From Candidatus Bathyarchaeota archaeon (lineage in GTDB: Archaea; Thermoproteota; Bathyarchaeia; Bathyarchaeales; Bathycorpusculaceae), in NCBI GenBank assembly GCA_963826715.1, contig CAWGYA010000002.1:64001-128000 (forward strand): a stretch of DNA of 64,000 nt, in the 5' to 3' direction. A program made the translations under genes and the position numbers. Position 1 is the stretch's first letter. Every line of letters begins with the position of its first letter. Of this stretch, positions 1 to 9,204 are shown in pieces. The notes beneath the pieces were generated by a model. It had not been told where the DNA came from and made no database searches. It saw nothing but the letters and a program-made list of their open reading frames with translations.

Positions 1-520
1 AAACGGTTTCGTTGCTACCCTCTGACGCCTGCAAAATAGGCACAACCGCAGCCACACCAGCAACGCTAGTATTAATATCTGCATAGAGGGTTTCATTCAT
101 TGGGTTTGCTTCTCCCCCGCCGAATTCTCCACCGCCAAAGCGTCCGGGGGTGTTTCCTATTCCACCGCCGAATTGGTTGGGATCAAAAACAAAATTATTG
201 TCATCCTCTCTTTGAAAGAAGCCTCCGTTCTGTGGTGGACTGAAGTTTTGGGAAGCATTAGATGCCCTAAACCCGAAACCTGCGAAATCTGACGCTAATG
301 TGCAGTCTATCTGGGTTAAGGTTTGATTAATTGACAGGCCCGTTTCAGTTATAGTGCTACTGAGGTTATCAGCGAGGTTGTTGGCTTCGTTTTGGTTTGC
401 AATTACTCCAGCTGGAATGGATATCATAATAGCCATGGAAAACCCTAAAGCGATAATAACAAGTAGAGCTCGAATTTTTCTTCTCGATATATTTCGAATT
501 GCACGATTAATTATTCCCAC
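1..520 (-). CDS. ABC transporter permease, MacB/FtsX family (5' part; runs off the window)
   Basis: Not in the ORF track. Manual translation from GTG at 520: MGIINRAIRNISRRKIRALLVIIALGFSMAIMISIPAG..., the typical MacB/FtsX N-terminus, open to the window edge. Confidence 0.75.
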   Translation of the reverse strand, partial: MGIINRAIRNISRRKIRALLVIIALGFSMAIMISIPAGVIANQNEANNLADNLSSTITETGLSINQTLTQIDCTLASDFAGFGFRASNASQNFSPPQNGGFFQREDDNNFVFDPNQFGGGIGNTPGRFGGGEFGGGEANPMNETLYADINTSVAGVAAVVPILQASEGSNETV

Positions 521-894
521 ATGTGACACCGTTAAGTCTAAATTTTATGAAAACCAAGAAGGGACCTGCAGGAATTTTGGGCAGTTACTGGGGTGAAGGG
601 AAATTTGTTGTGTCAGACCCCTTCTTGGTTATCTGGGTTCTTTTAGCCTGAGGTTTTATTAAACAATTTTTCATAATATTACCCAAATCAGACCCGAATT
701 GTCACAGCGACAAGGCTTAAGGAATTAAATCTTCACACTAAGATCCAGCAAAGAGTTTGAAAAAGCGAAGACATTTTTAGTAAAGGATTACGGATATGTT
801 TGCGGAATCCTTTTTCTGGGTATAAAAGCACACATTTATTACTAAAACTAACCAAACACTGATCAAGAATCCTTACGCACGGAGTGGTGAGAAA

Positions 895-1197
895 ATGTCT
901 TCAAACGCACGTTCATTGAAGTACCTGCTTGGATGGCTAATCGCAGGCACTCGAGGGGGACCAACCCGTGCAAAAATAATTGAATCTCTAAAAGAGATGC
1001 CCCAAAACGCTAATCAATTGGCTACCTCATTGCAGATGGATTATAAAACCATGAGGCATCATCTTGAGGTGCTTGAGAAAAACCGAATTATAACCACCGT
1101 AGGGGACAGATATGGAGCTACCTATTTTCTCTCTCAAGCCCTTGAAGAGAATTATGGTTTATTTGAGGATATTATGAAGAAAATCGGGAAAAAGTAG
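895..1197 (+). CDS. winged helix-turn-helix transcriptional regulator (ArsR-like)
   Basis: GTRGGPTRAKII...NANQLATSLQMDYKTMRHHLEVL, a conserved archaeal wHTH family. Confidence 0.85.
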   Translation: MSSNARSLKYLLGWLIAGTRGGPTRAKIIESLKEMPQNANQLATSLQMDYKTMRHHLEVLEKNRIITTVGDRYGATYFLSQALEENYGLFEDIMKKIGKK

Positions 1198-1208
1198 AAA
1201 AGGGAGAA

Positions 1209-1664
1209 ATGGAATTGGACAATCAAATGCAAAATAGCAAATTAAAAGCCGTATTAATTTTAACTGTTTTAGTAACAGTTACGTTATTAACGGTTTTCTG
1301 GGTTACAACAACCCTAAACGAGAAACCTTTTGATATAAGACGCGCACCTCCGCCGGGAGGCTTTATACCAGGTGACCTTGAATTCTTCTATCTTGTACTC
1401 GCAGTCATATCAACCATAAACATAGCCTTGCTTGTTATGGTTCTCTTTACATACGTGAACATTTACATTAAAACTCACTCACCATTCACCATAGGACTAA
1501 TAATTTTTGCTGTCGCCTTCCTACTAAAGGACATTGCAGCAAGCCCATTTATTTCTGGGCTTTTTAGCTTTCGTGCTTATGGCCTTGGACCCTTCGCGTT
1601 TCTGCCGGGACTCTTTGAATGTGCTGCACTTTCTGTTCTATTGTATTTGAGCGTAAAATACTAA
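1209..1664 (+). CDS. integral membrane protein (about 4 TM), likely co-transcribed with the wHTH gene
   Basis: Hydrophobic segments; 11 bp after the regulator. Confidence 0.7.
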   Translation: MELDNQMQNSKLKAVLILTVLVTVTLLTVFWVTTTLNEKPFDIRRAPPPGGFIPGDLEFFYLVLAVISTINIALLVMVLFTYVNIYIKTHSPFTIGLIIFAVAFLLKDIAASPFISGLFSFRAYGLGPFAFLPGLFECAALSVLLYLSVKY

Positions 1665-1710
1665 CAGCTGCCCTACAAATTCGAGTTGGTTGACAAGTAA
1701 ATAAGAGTCA

Positions 1711-3834
1711 ATGTCTACAATAAAAGTGGAGACTTTAATGGAAAAACCTGCGTATAAAAAGCCCAATCGATTAATCAAAGAGAAGAGTCCCTATCTTCTT
1801 CAGCACGCCTACAATCCTGTTGATTGGTATCCCTGGAATGCAGAGGCATTCCATAGGGCTGAGGCAGAGGATAAACCGCTTTTTGTCTCCATTGGTTATT
1901 CTACTTGCCACTGGTGCCATGTTATGGAGAAAGAATCATTTGAAGACGAACAGGTAGCCGCACTGATGAATAAATCGTTCATATGCATCAAAGTGGATCG
2001 TGAAGAACGCCCCGACCTAGACGCTGCCTACATGGCAGTTTGTCAAGCGATGGGACGTAACTGTGGATGGCCCCTCAACGTGATCATGACCCCCAAAAAA
2101 AACCCGTTCTTCGTAGCTAGTTACATTCCTAAAGAAAATCGATATGGTGCGGTTGGTATGCTGAGTCTTGTGCCGCAGATTGAACAAATCTACAAGACCC
2201 GTCGTTCAGAAATGGAAAAAATTGGAATTGAACTTAAAAAGCAAATAACAATAAAACCTCGCGTAGAGAATGAAAAAGCATTGGGTGTACAGGAGCTCAA
2301 TGAAGCTTTCGACCAGATGTTCCTGGCTTTTGACCACGAGAATGCAGGTTTTGGTCACGCCCCTAAATTTCCATCGCCTCATTATTTGCTGTTTTTGATG
2401 CGTTATTTCAACCGCACAAAAGAAAAGACAGCCTGGAATATGGTAGAGCAAACCTTACGAGCAATGAGACTCGGAGGCATTTTTGACCAGGTCGGCTTAG
2501 GGTTCCATCGTTACTCAACTGACGCACGGTGGCTGGTACCCCATTTTGAGAAGATGCTTTATGACCAAGCTATGCTTGCTTTAGCATACACAGAAGGTTA
2601 TCAACTATCTGGTCAGCTTAAATTTAGAGTCACCGCGAAAGAAACTTTAGATTACGTACTAAGGGACTTACTGGCTATAGAAGGTGGTTTTTACTCAGCG
2701 GAAGATGCAGATAGCGAAGGTGAAGAAGGCAAATTCTACCTCTGGACGCAACAAGAAATCAAGCAAGTACTGCCATCTGAACTCTTGGATTTCGCAATTA
2801 AAATCTTTGGTGTACAAGCCCAAGGCAACTATGTTGAACCAAATATGCAAAAAAGCGGTAAAAATATTTTGCATCTATCAGTTCCTTTAGAACAAATCGC
2901 TTCAGAAACCAATTTGACAGTGGATCAAGTCATAGGTAAATTAGGCAAAATCGTGAATTTTCTGTTTGAGGCACGTGAAAAACGGGTACATCCCGCTAAA
3001 GACGATAAAATATTGGTGGATTGGAACGGCTTAACTATCGCGGCAATGGCTAGAGCCAGTCAGGTGTTTGGGGAAAAAAGATATCTAATTGCTGCTGAGA
3101 AAGCAGCAGATTTTATTTTGAGCCAGATGCAAACTGAAGGGGGAAAACTTTTTCACCGCTACGCTAAAGGTGAGAAAGCTATTTGCGGTTTTCTGGATGA
3201 CTACGCGTTCTTTGTATGGGGCTTAATTGAGCTCTTTGAGGCAGATTTTAAGAAAAAGTATTTGGAAGCCGCAATATTATTAACTAAAACCATGATTGCT
3301 GAGTTTTGGGACATCGATGCCGGTGGCTTTGGATTCACAGGTAGAGATGGCGATAAGGCGGTGCCTAACATAAAACAGATTTACGATGGTGCTATCCCCT
3401 CGGGGAACTCTTTAGCGCTACTTGATTTGTTAAGGATAGCGCGTTTAAGCGGCGATGTCTCCTTTGAGCAGACTGCGCAGAAGCTTCTTGATTCATTTGC
3501 AGAGGACATTAAAGGCTATCCCATGGGTCACACATACATGTTAGTTGGGCTGGACTTCGCAATTGGACCCACCTTCAGCATAGTTTTAGTAGGCAACAAA
3601 GAGTCAGAGGACATGAAAGAGATGCTTTCGGAAATCAGGAAAAACTATCTCCCCAATCTTACAGTTAAAATTTGGGAAGATCAAGATAATCAAACAACAA
3701 TCCCCGGAGTAAACTACGAAAAAATCAATGGTAAAGCAACCGCATATGTTTGCCAAAACCAGACCTGCATGCCCCCAACGACTGAAAAACACGAAATGCT
3801 AAAATATTTAGGCATTAGTGCGACACCTGAATGA
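1711..3834 (+). CDS. thioredoxin-domain protein YyaL/SSP411 (SPATA20) family
   Basis: [47 protein letters not shown] motifs. Confidence 0.92.
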   Translation: MSTIKVETLMEKPAYKKPNRLIKEKSPYLLQHAYNPVDWYPWNAEAFHRAEAEDKPLFVSIGYSTCHWCHVMEKESFEDEQVAALMNKSFICIKVDREERPDLDAAYMAVCQAMGRNCGWPLNVIMTPKKNPFFVASYIPKENRYGAVGMLSLVPQIEQIYKTRRSEMEKIGIELKKQITIKPRVENEKALGVQELNEAFDQMFLAFDHENAGFGHAPKFPSPHYLLFLMRYFNRTKEKTAWNMVEQTLRAMRLGGIFDQVGLGFHRYSTDARWLVPHFEKMLYDQAMLALAYTEGYQLSGQLKFRVTAKETLDYVLRDLLAIEGGFYSAEDADSEGEEGKFYLWTQQEIKQVLPSELLDFAIKIFGVQAQGNYVEPNMQKSGKNILHLSVPLEQIASETNLTVDQVIGKLGKIVNFLFEAREKRVHPAKDDKILVDWNGLTIAAMARASQVFGEKRYLIAAEKAADFILSQMQTEGGKLFHRYAKGEKAICGFLDDYAFFVWGLIELFEADFKKKYLEAAILLTKTMIAEFWDIDAGGFGFTGRDGDKAVPNIKQIYDGAIPSGNSLALLDLLRIARLSGDVSFEQTAQKLLDSFAEDIKGYPMGHTYMLVGLDFAIGPTFSIVLVGNKESEDMKEMLSEIRKNYLPNLTVKIWEDQDNQTTIPGVNYEKINGKATAYVCQNQTCMPPTTEKHEMLKYLGISATPE

Positions 3835-3875
3835 TCGATAGCTAAGAGAGGTACATTAAATCAGGATCTTGTAAC

Positions 3876-4736
3876 ATGAATTACTCAATCAGCAATAAAG
3901 AAAAATTAACCATCGAACATATGACTCCACAAGAAATATCCCTTGCCATCGAATGGGCGCAGATGGAAGGGTGGAATCCTGGAATTCATGACAGCGAATG
4001 TTTCTACAACGCTGATCCAAACGGTTTCTATGTAGTAAAACTTTCAGGCGAAATCGTCGGTACAATATCGCTTGTGAATTATGCACCCGATTTCTGTTTT
4101 GAAGGGCTCTTTATTGTAAAACCCGAATTTAGGGGGAGAGGAATTGGGCGACAAGTTCAAAAATTTGCGTTAAATATTTGTAGAAACGGCAATCTTGGGC
4201 TTGACGGGGTGTTATCAATGCAACATCAATACGAGCAATACGGATTGAATGTTGCTTATGGAAACACACGCTATTCTGGAACTGTCGACACAGAATCTAA
4301 AGGCGGTTGCTCCCCCATTAAACCGCAAGATTTTAATGAAATCGCCTCTTACGACAGGAGTATCTTCGTTTTTGACAGAGAACGGTTTTTGAGGTGTTGG
4401 TTGTTCCAGAAAGAAACCTCCAGTTTAAAGGCTGAAGATACGACAGGCAAAATAGTAGGCTACGGTGTCGTCCGCAAGTGCATTCATGGGTACAAAATTG
4501 GTCCGCTCTTTGCCGATGACGCTACAATCGCGGAACGGTTGTTTGATAACCTATCTTCAACAGTGAACGGTGAAACGATTTATTTGGATACACCGCAACC
4601 CAATTCTTCGGCGGTAGCACTCGCTGAAAGGAAGGGTATGACTGCAGTTTTTAGTACTGTGCGAATGTACACTAAGAAGGAGCCAATGGTGCCGTTGAAC
4701 AGGGTCTTTGGAGTAACATCTTTTGAGTTGGGCTGA
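3876..4736 (+). CDS. GNAT family N-acetyltransferase (YitH-like)
   Basis: EGWNPG, FRGRGIG acetyl-CoA motif, KIGPLFAD, C-terminal SFELG. Confidence 0.85.
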   Translation: MNYSISNKEKLTIEHMTPQEISLAIEWAQMEGWNPGIHDSECFYNADPNGFYVVKLSGEIVGTISLVNYAPDFCFEGLFIVKPEFRGRGIGRQVQKFALNICRNGNLGLDGVLSMQHQYEQYGLNVAYGNTRYSGTVDTESKGGCSPIKPQDFNEIASYDRSIFVFDRERFLRCWLFQKETSSLKAEDTTGKIVGYGVVRKCIHGYKIGPLFADDATIAERLFDNLSSTVNGETIYLDTPQPNSSAVALAERKGMTAVFSTVRMYTKKEPMVPLNRVFGVTSFELG

Positions 4737-4782
4737 TAACGATTAAATTTTTAATTGTTTTAAGGACAAAATAAAACAAATT

Positions 4783-4870
4783 TGGCGCCGAGAATGGGAT
4801 TCGAACCCATGCGGACCGGAAGGTCCACGGGCTCTCAAGGCCCGCGCGTTAACCACTCTGCCATCTCGGC
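4783..4870 (-). tRNA. tRNA-Ser(UGA)
   Basis: GCCGAGA...TCTCGGCG-CCA cloverleaf, anticodon arm CGGGC-ctTGAga-GCCCG, long variable arm, GTTCGAATC T-loop, encoded CCA. Confidence 0.95.
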
Positions 4871-4993
4871 ACCATGAATCAACAGTTTAATCCATTGTGT
4901 CTTAAATGTTTACCGAATCCTATACGACCATACTACATCTTCATAATGTCTTTTGAGCAAAGTTCTTAACCCACAAGATTAACCGTTAACGAT

Positions 4994-5413
4994 ATGACAC
5001 CCGCCATTACAATTCAGATACCCAGCAATTTACTCGAAGCCATCTACGCTGGCGCTAAACAACTTTATCCGCGGGAAAGCTTTTTGTTACTTAGGGGCAA
5101 GAAACGTAAAGAAATTATTCAAATCAATGATTTAGTTTTGGCGCCGTTTGCTATTCATGGTGAAGGCGAAGTCCATTTCAATCCATATATGTTCGCGGGA
5201 GACTTTTCACTAGTTGGTACTGTACATTCACATCCCTCAGGCAATATATCTCCAAGTCATGTTGACCTCAACTACTTCTTTGGACGGGTACTGCTAATTG
5301 TAGGTCCCCCCTTTCATGGCAAAGGGTGTATCGCTGCTTATGGATCCAGCGGCAACCTATTAACAATAGAAATTACTGATCCAATCGAAGATAACTGCGA
5401 AGAATTTTACTAA
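4994..5413 (+). CDS. JAB1/MPN/Mov34 (JAMM) metalloprotease
   Basis: E...HSHPSGNISPSHVDL JAMM motif. Confidence 0.88.
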   Translation: MTPAITIQIPSNLLEAIYAGAKQLYPRESFLLLRGKKRKEIIQINDLVLAPFAIHGEGEVHFNPYMFAGDFSLVGTVHSHPSGNISPSHVDLNYFFGRVLLIVGPPFHGKGCIAAYGSSGNLLTIEITDPIEDNCEEFY

Positions 5414-5772
5414 CTCTCCTGGTTCCCACTTAAACTTACAATTTGGTAAGCTAAAAGGTAATCCAACGCAAATTTGTCAGCATTCCCCTCTGTGCCACGG
5501 TGCACCCGATCCACCGCTTTACTGCGCATATGGTGATAGAATTCGTGCAGAATTACAAATGGGTTCAAAAGCGCGTCGCTGTCTAGAACAGCTATGGTTT
5601 GAGTTTTAGCAGTATAGCAGCCGTAAGCTGAGCGCTTGTGCTTCTTGGGTAATCCAACCTTCAATGCAGGAACCTTAACATGATAGTTTTTTGCGAGAAT
5701 TTCGACGGCTTCTTCTGGTTTTCCTTTCAGAATCAGCGCCACTAAATTTGCTTTAAAATTTTGTTCAACCAT
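5410..5772 (-). CDS. small zincin-like protein (HExxH)
   Basis: ILHEFYHH...E..ADKFA motif. Confidence 0.65.
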   Translation of the reverse strand: MVEQNFKANLVALILKGKPEEAVEILAKNYHVKVPALKVGLPKKHKRSAYGCYTAKTQTIAVLDSDALLNPFVILHEFYHHMRSKAVDRVHRGTEGNADKFALDYLLAYQIVSLSGNQES

Positions 5773-5796
5773 ATAATTTACGACCAGTAAATAACA

Positions 5797-7044
5797 TTAT
5801 TGTCCATAAGTACCTCGCCTAATCTTTTCTGCGAGTAAATGAATGAATTCAATCGGCCACACATCATCACAAACATCATCAGTTAATATTTTGCGTTGAT
5901 GGTACATTGGAATCAAGTCATTCTTTAAAACCAAAATCAACAGGAACTGATGTCCATATGTACGTTTAAAAAGTGCATACTTTCGGGCTTGTCGCTTAGT
6001 CATTTCAAAGTGAGGTTCAAGAATGATTTTTCGCCCATGTACTTTTTTCTCTAGAATAAAATCGGGAGTGTAGACTTCGTTTGGCAATGGAAAACTGATA
6101 GTTTCATATCCATAAGGAATATGCATATTGAGGAGGGTCAGCGCAGTTTTTTTTTCCCAACCGCTTTTGTATCGACTCATCTTCTGATAATATGCTTGAG
6201 ATTGTCCCGTAACTTTCTGCATCCGCTCCAAAAAATCCAGCGCCATCTTTAGGGTATACCGATTGAGCGTCTTTCGCTTGAGCCATCGACCCAATAAAAA
6301 GAAAGGATAATCAACCTTTGCAGGATCCATTGGAAACAATCGTTTAGCATAATCGGTTAATTTTCGACGAGCGTCACCCTCAGTTTTTTCGTCTCGCCAA
6401 AGGGAGGGCGAAGCAAAAGGTATAATTCCTAAGCTAGCAGCCACGTTGGCATTTTCTTTAGTCAGGGGAACGTAGAGACCTTCGGGAAGCAGATGGTCGT
6501 AGATTTGAAGGTCAGGTGCAGGGCGTACCATCCAACGCATGTATATCCATGCGCGGTCGCGGTGTGGACCAGCGAACGCAGGAATATTTTGAGCTATGTC
6601 TTTGATAAAATCGACGGGTTTAGTAAATTTTTGGGCGTACTTTAGCAGGTTACGCTCTGCGTTAGTTCTTATGAAAAGGTTAACTGAGGCTAAAATCTCC
6701 GAGGCCGCTTTCTTATTAGGACCCAAGTCCGAATAAAAGTCAGCTTTGATGATCTCCTCTTCAAAAAGGTGCCCCTTCTTTATTTCAAAGAGGGTGCTGC
6801 CAAAGGCAGTGTGCAGGTAACTTAGTAGCATACGAGCGTTTTCGGGGTAACCGACTATAGTGTCGTCAAGGATAGATGCAGCTAGCAAAAAGTAGTGGGC
6901 AGAGATTCGGCGTTCCTCATATTTTTCTGAGTAGGGGTTAAAAAGTAGCCGTGGGCTCATACGTCGATCCCATTGGATATCAGCAACGTTAGAGTTTTTG
7001 TTAATAAAATCGATGAGCAGCGCGGTTATTTCGTCGGTTCCCAT
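5797..7044 (-). CDS. DUF2400/HhH-GPD-like domain fused to a T7 endonuclease I-like PD-(D/E)xK domain
   Basis: RAWIYMRWMVR...YVPLT...DPAKVDYPFF (DUF2400-like); C-terminal YKSGWE..YGYE..YTPDFIL..ILEPH (endonuclease I-like). Confidence 0.6.
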   Translation of the reverse strand: MGTDEITALLIDFINKNSNVADIQWDRRMSPRLLFNPYSEKYEERRISAHYFLLAASILDDTIVGYPENARMLLSYLHTAFGSTLFEIKKGHLFEEEIIKADFYSDLGPNKKAASEILASVNLFIRTNAERNLLKYAQKFTKPVDFIKDIAQNIPAFAGPHRDRAWIYMRWMVRPAPDLQIYDHLLPEGLYVPLTKENANVAASLGIIPFASPSLWRDEKTEGDARRKLTDYAKRLFPMDPAKVDYPFFLLGRWLKRKTLNRYTLKMALDFLERMQKVTGQSQAYYQKMSRYKSGWEKKTALTLLNMHIPYGYETISFPLPNEVYTPDFILEKKVHGRKIILEPHFEMTKRQARKYALFKRTYGHQFLLILVLKNDLIPMYHQRKILTDDVCDDVWPIEFIHLLAEKIRRGTYGQ

Positions 7045-7226
7045 TGCCCTTACCTATTTTTGTATGTTATATGTGAGGATGCTTAAAACAGCTATCGTTC
7101 CCCTGCTTCAAAAATTAAAAATATTTGTAGATTTAGAAAAATCAAGAATGGTTTGTGAAACTTAAACACATCTTTATATCAGTCTCTTTAAAAGTCTAAG
7201 TTACAATATTACATAGAGGTAACATT

Positions 7227-7946
7227 ATGGCTACATTTGCACAACCAGGAGCATATGATTATAATCCAACTGTTTTCTCGCCCGATGGAAGACTTTACCA
7301 AGTCGAATATGCAAGAGAATTAGTTAATCGGGGAGGCACCATTTTAGGTATCAGATGTGCAGAAGGCGTGGTTTTCGGTTCAGAAGAAAACACCGAAATC
7401 CTTGAAGAAAAAGGGTGCTCTTGGAAAATCTTTCAAATTGACGAGCACATCGGAGCAGCCATTATCGGTTTAGCATCCGATGCACGAGTCTTAATCAACC
7501 AAGCACGGATATTGGCACAAAGTAACAAACTAACATACGATGAACCTATTGATGTAGAAATCGTTACCGAAAAAATATGCGACATCCAACAAACGTATAC
7601 ACAACACGGCGGAGGAAGACCCTTTGGAGTTGCCATGATCATAGGCGGAGTCGACAAAACAGGTCCACATGTTTTCGGAACTCATCCAAGCGGAAACCGA
7701 ATGGGATACAAAGCTACAGCCATAGGAGCAGGATGCGAACAAGTTCTATCTATGCTTAAAAACGAATACAGCGAAGATTTAACTCTCGAACAAAGCAAAA
7801 AGCTTGCAGTAAAATGTTTAGTAAAAACATTACAAACTAGGGAGCTATCACTTAGAATAAAAATTGCCGTTACACCTGTAGACACAAAGAAATTCGTTAT
7901 ACTCTCTGACGAAGAAATAGAAGGTTACATCAAAGAGGTAACTTAA
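7227..7946 (+). CDS. psmA: 20S proteasome alpha subunit (divergent paralog)
   Basis: YD..TVFSPDGRLYQVEYA signature, YTQHGGGRPFGV, KATAIGAG. Confidence 0.88.
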   Translation: MATFAQPGAYDYNPTVFSPDGRLYQVEYARELVNRGGTILGIRCAEGVVFGSEENTEILEEKGCSWKIFQIDEHIGAAIIGLASDARVLINQARILAQSNKLTYDEPIDVEIVTEKICDIQQTYTQHGGGRPFGVAMIIGGVDKTGPHVFGTHPSGNRMGYKATAIGAGCEQVLSMLKNEYSEDLTLEQSKKLAVKCLVKTLQTRELSLRIKIAVTPVDTKKFVILSDEEIEGYIKEVT

Positions 7947-8100
7947 ATTATAAAATTTTTGAGCTCTTTGGCAAATTAGAGTCTTTGCTTGCGACGAGGC
8001 ACTATTTAATAATACCTTGATTCTTTTTCCATGCTTTCTTGAATCAGAAATAATGGATTCAAGTCATGAAATAAAATACACAACACAACGGAGGTAAATA

Positions 8101-8462
8101 ATGCCGACTTACCGTAAGCTTAATCGAAGAGATTGGTCAAATCACTTCTCGTCATAGCTATATATGTTGTAGTCATTTCAATCACTGCATTATTTTTACT
8201 TATTGAATATTGGTATTTTTGGCTATCACTTGTAGCAGGCGGATTGTTTGTCATTATATTAGGGCATAAAAAATCAACTGCTTATCGTTACCCAAAAGGT
8301 GCCAACGAATTTGAAATATCTTTCTTAAGCGATTTTTTCAGTCCTCATGGAGTAACTAAAGACGGCGGCTGGATGTACTTAAAATGCCCCAGGTGTCAAA
8401 ACAGAAGAAGAATGAAAATAATTGTTAAGGAAAACTCCAACGATCAGAAATCAACTATATAG
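8101..8462 (+). pseudogene. frameshifted membrane protein with a degenerate Zn-ribbon
   Basis: GGAGGT RBS precedes ATG at 8101, but that frame stops at once; coding continues in the 8133 frame. The first CxxC appears degenerate (YPKG) and the second is intact (CPRC). Confidence 0.5.
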
Positions 8463-8631
8463 GAATTCATACCCAAATAAATCTACCGATACTAAACTCT
8501 GTCATGAATATCATGGTGAATCTGCTGTGTAAGCTAGCTATAGGAAGCGTAAGTTATGATGAACAAAGCGCGTGCTTCAGGATCAAAGCGCATATATAGG
8601 AAAACAACGTAGAAGACAGGTGCAAATGTGT

Positions 8632-8706
8632 GGGCCGGTCGTCTAGCCTGGTTAGGACATCTGCTTGACGTGCAGAAGGTCGCCGGTCCGAATCCGGCTC
8701 GGCCCA
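8632..8706 (+). tRNA. tRNA-Val(GAC)
   Basis: GGGCCGG...TCGGCCC-A acceptor stem, anticodon arm TCTGC-ttGACgt-GCAGA, upstream TATA-like CATATATAG. Confidence 0.92.
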
Positions 8707-8766
8707 CTCCATCTTCGGTCTGAGTCCGCACAACCTTTTTATGGTAAAAACATCAAATAATCATTT

Positions 8767-8957
8767 ATGCTGCCCGCCGCAAGTCTTCTACTTCAAAACG
8801 CATATACCAGTTTTTGTTAGATGACATGGACGTGAAGCGTTGGCATGATAACGTTTCTCGGAGCTCATCTATAACAACTGACGTGCACTTGAGGCGACTT
8901 GGGTCTTTTTGCAAGAGCACTCCGGAGAAAAATAATCATGCACTTGCAGTTCAATAG
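8767..8957 (+). pseudogene. N-terminal relic of an archaeal site-specific integrase
   Basis: Manual translation ...YQFLLDDMDVKRWHDNVSRSSSITTDVHLRRLGSFCK resembles the DVxRWYxNxxRGSxxTADVYLRRLGxFC N-terminus of archaeal tRNA-associated integrases; truncated. Confidence 0.6.
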
Positions 8958-9204
8958 TCTCAAAATCAGCTTCCATAAACAAAAACATAGTAGAAAATAG
9001 AAGAATTGGACTAAATAGATAGTTAATGGTAGCTATTTTTCAAGCCAAGGCGTCATTCGAGGTACCTTCATTTTATTCACACTTCTCTCTTGAATGAACT
9101 TACCTTATCCTTATCAAAGGATCTCGTAAGCATTCATGTTCGCTTTAAGGCATGAACTGAATCCTTCTATCGAAAATGAGCCAGTTGGTTCATGTTGGTT
9201 CGAT

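Noticed and set aside
354-596. 80-aa plus-strand ORF
   Set aside because: Antisense shadow of the ABC permease on the minus strand
8512-8585. ATGGTGA...ATGATGA pair resembling C/C' boxes upstream of tRNA-Val
   Set aside because: No D/D' boxes at the proper spacing and no terminal stem; overlaps the tRNA promoter region
8534-8731. 65-aa ORF
   Set aside because: Antisense to tRNA-Val
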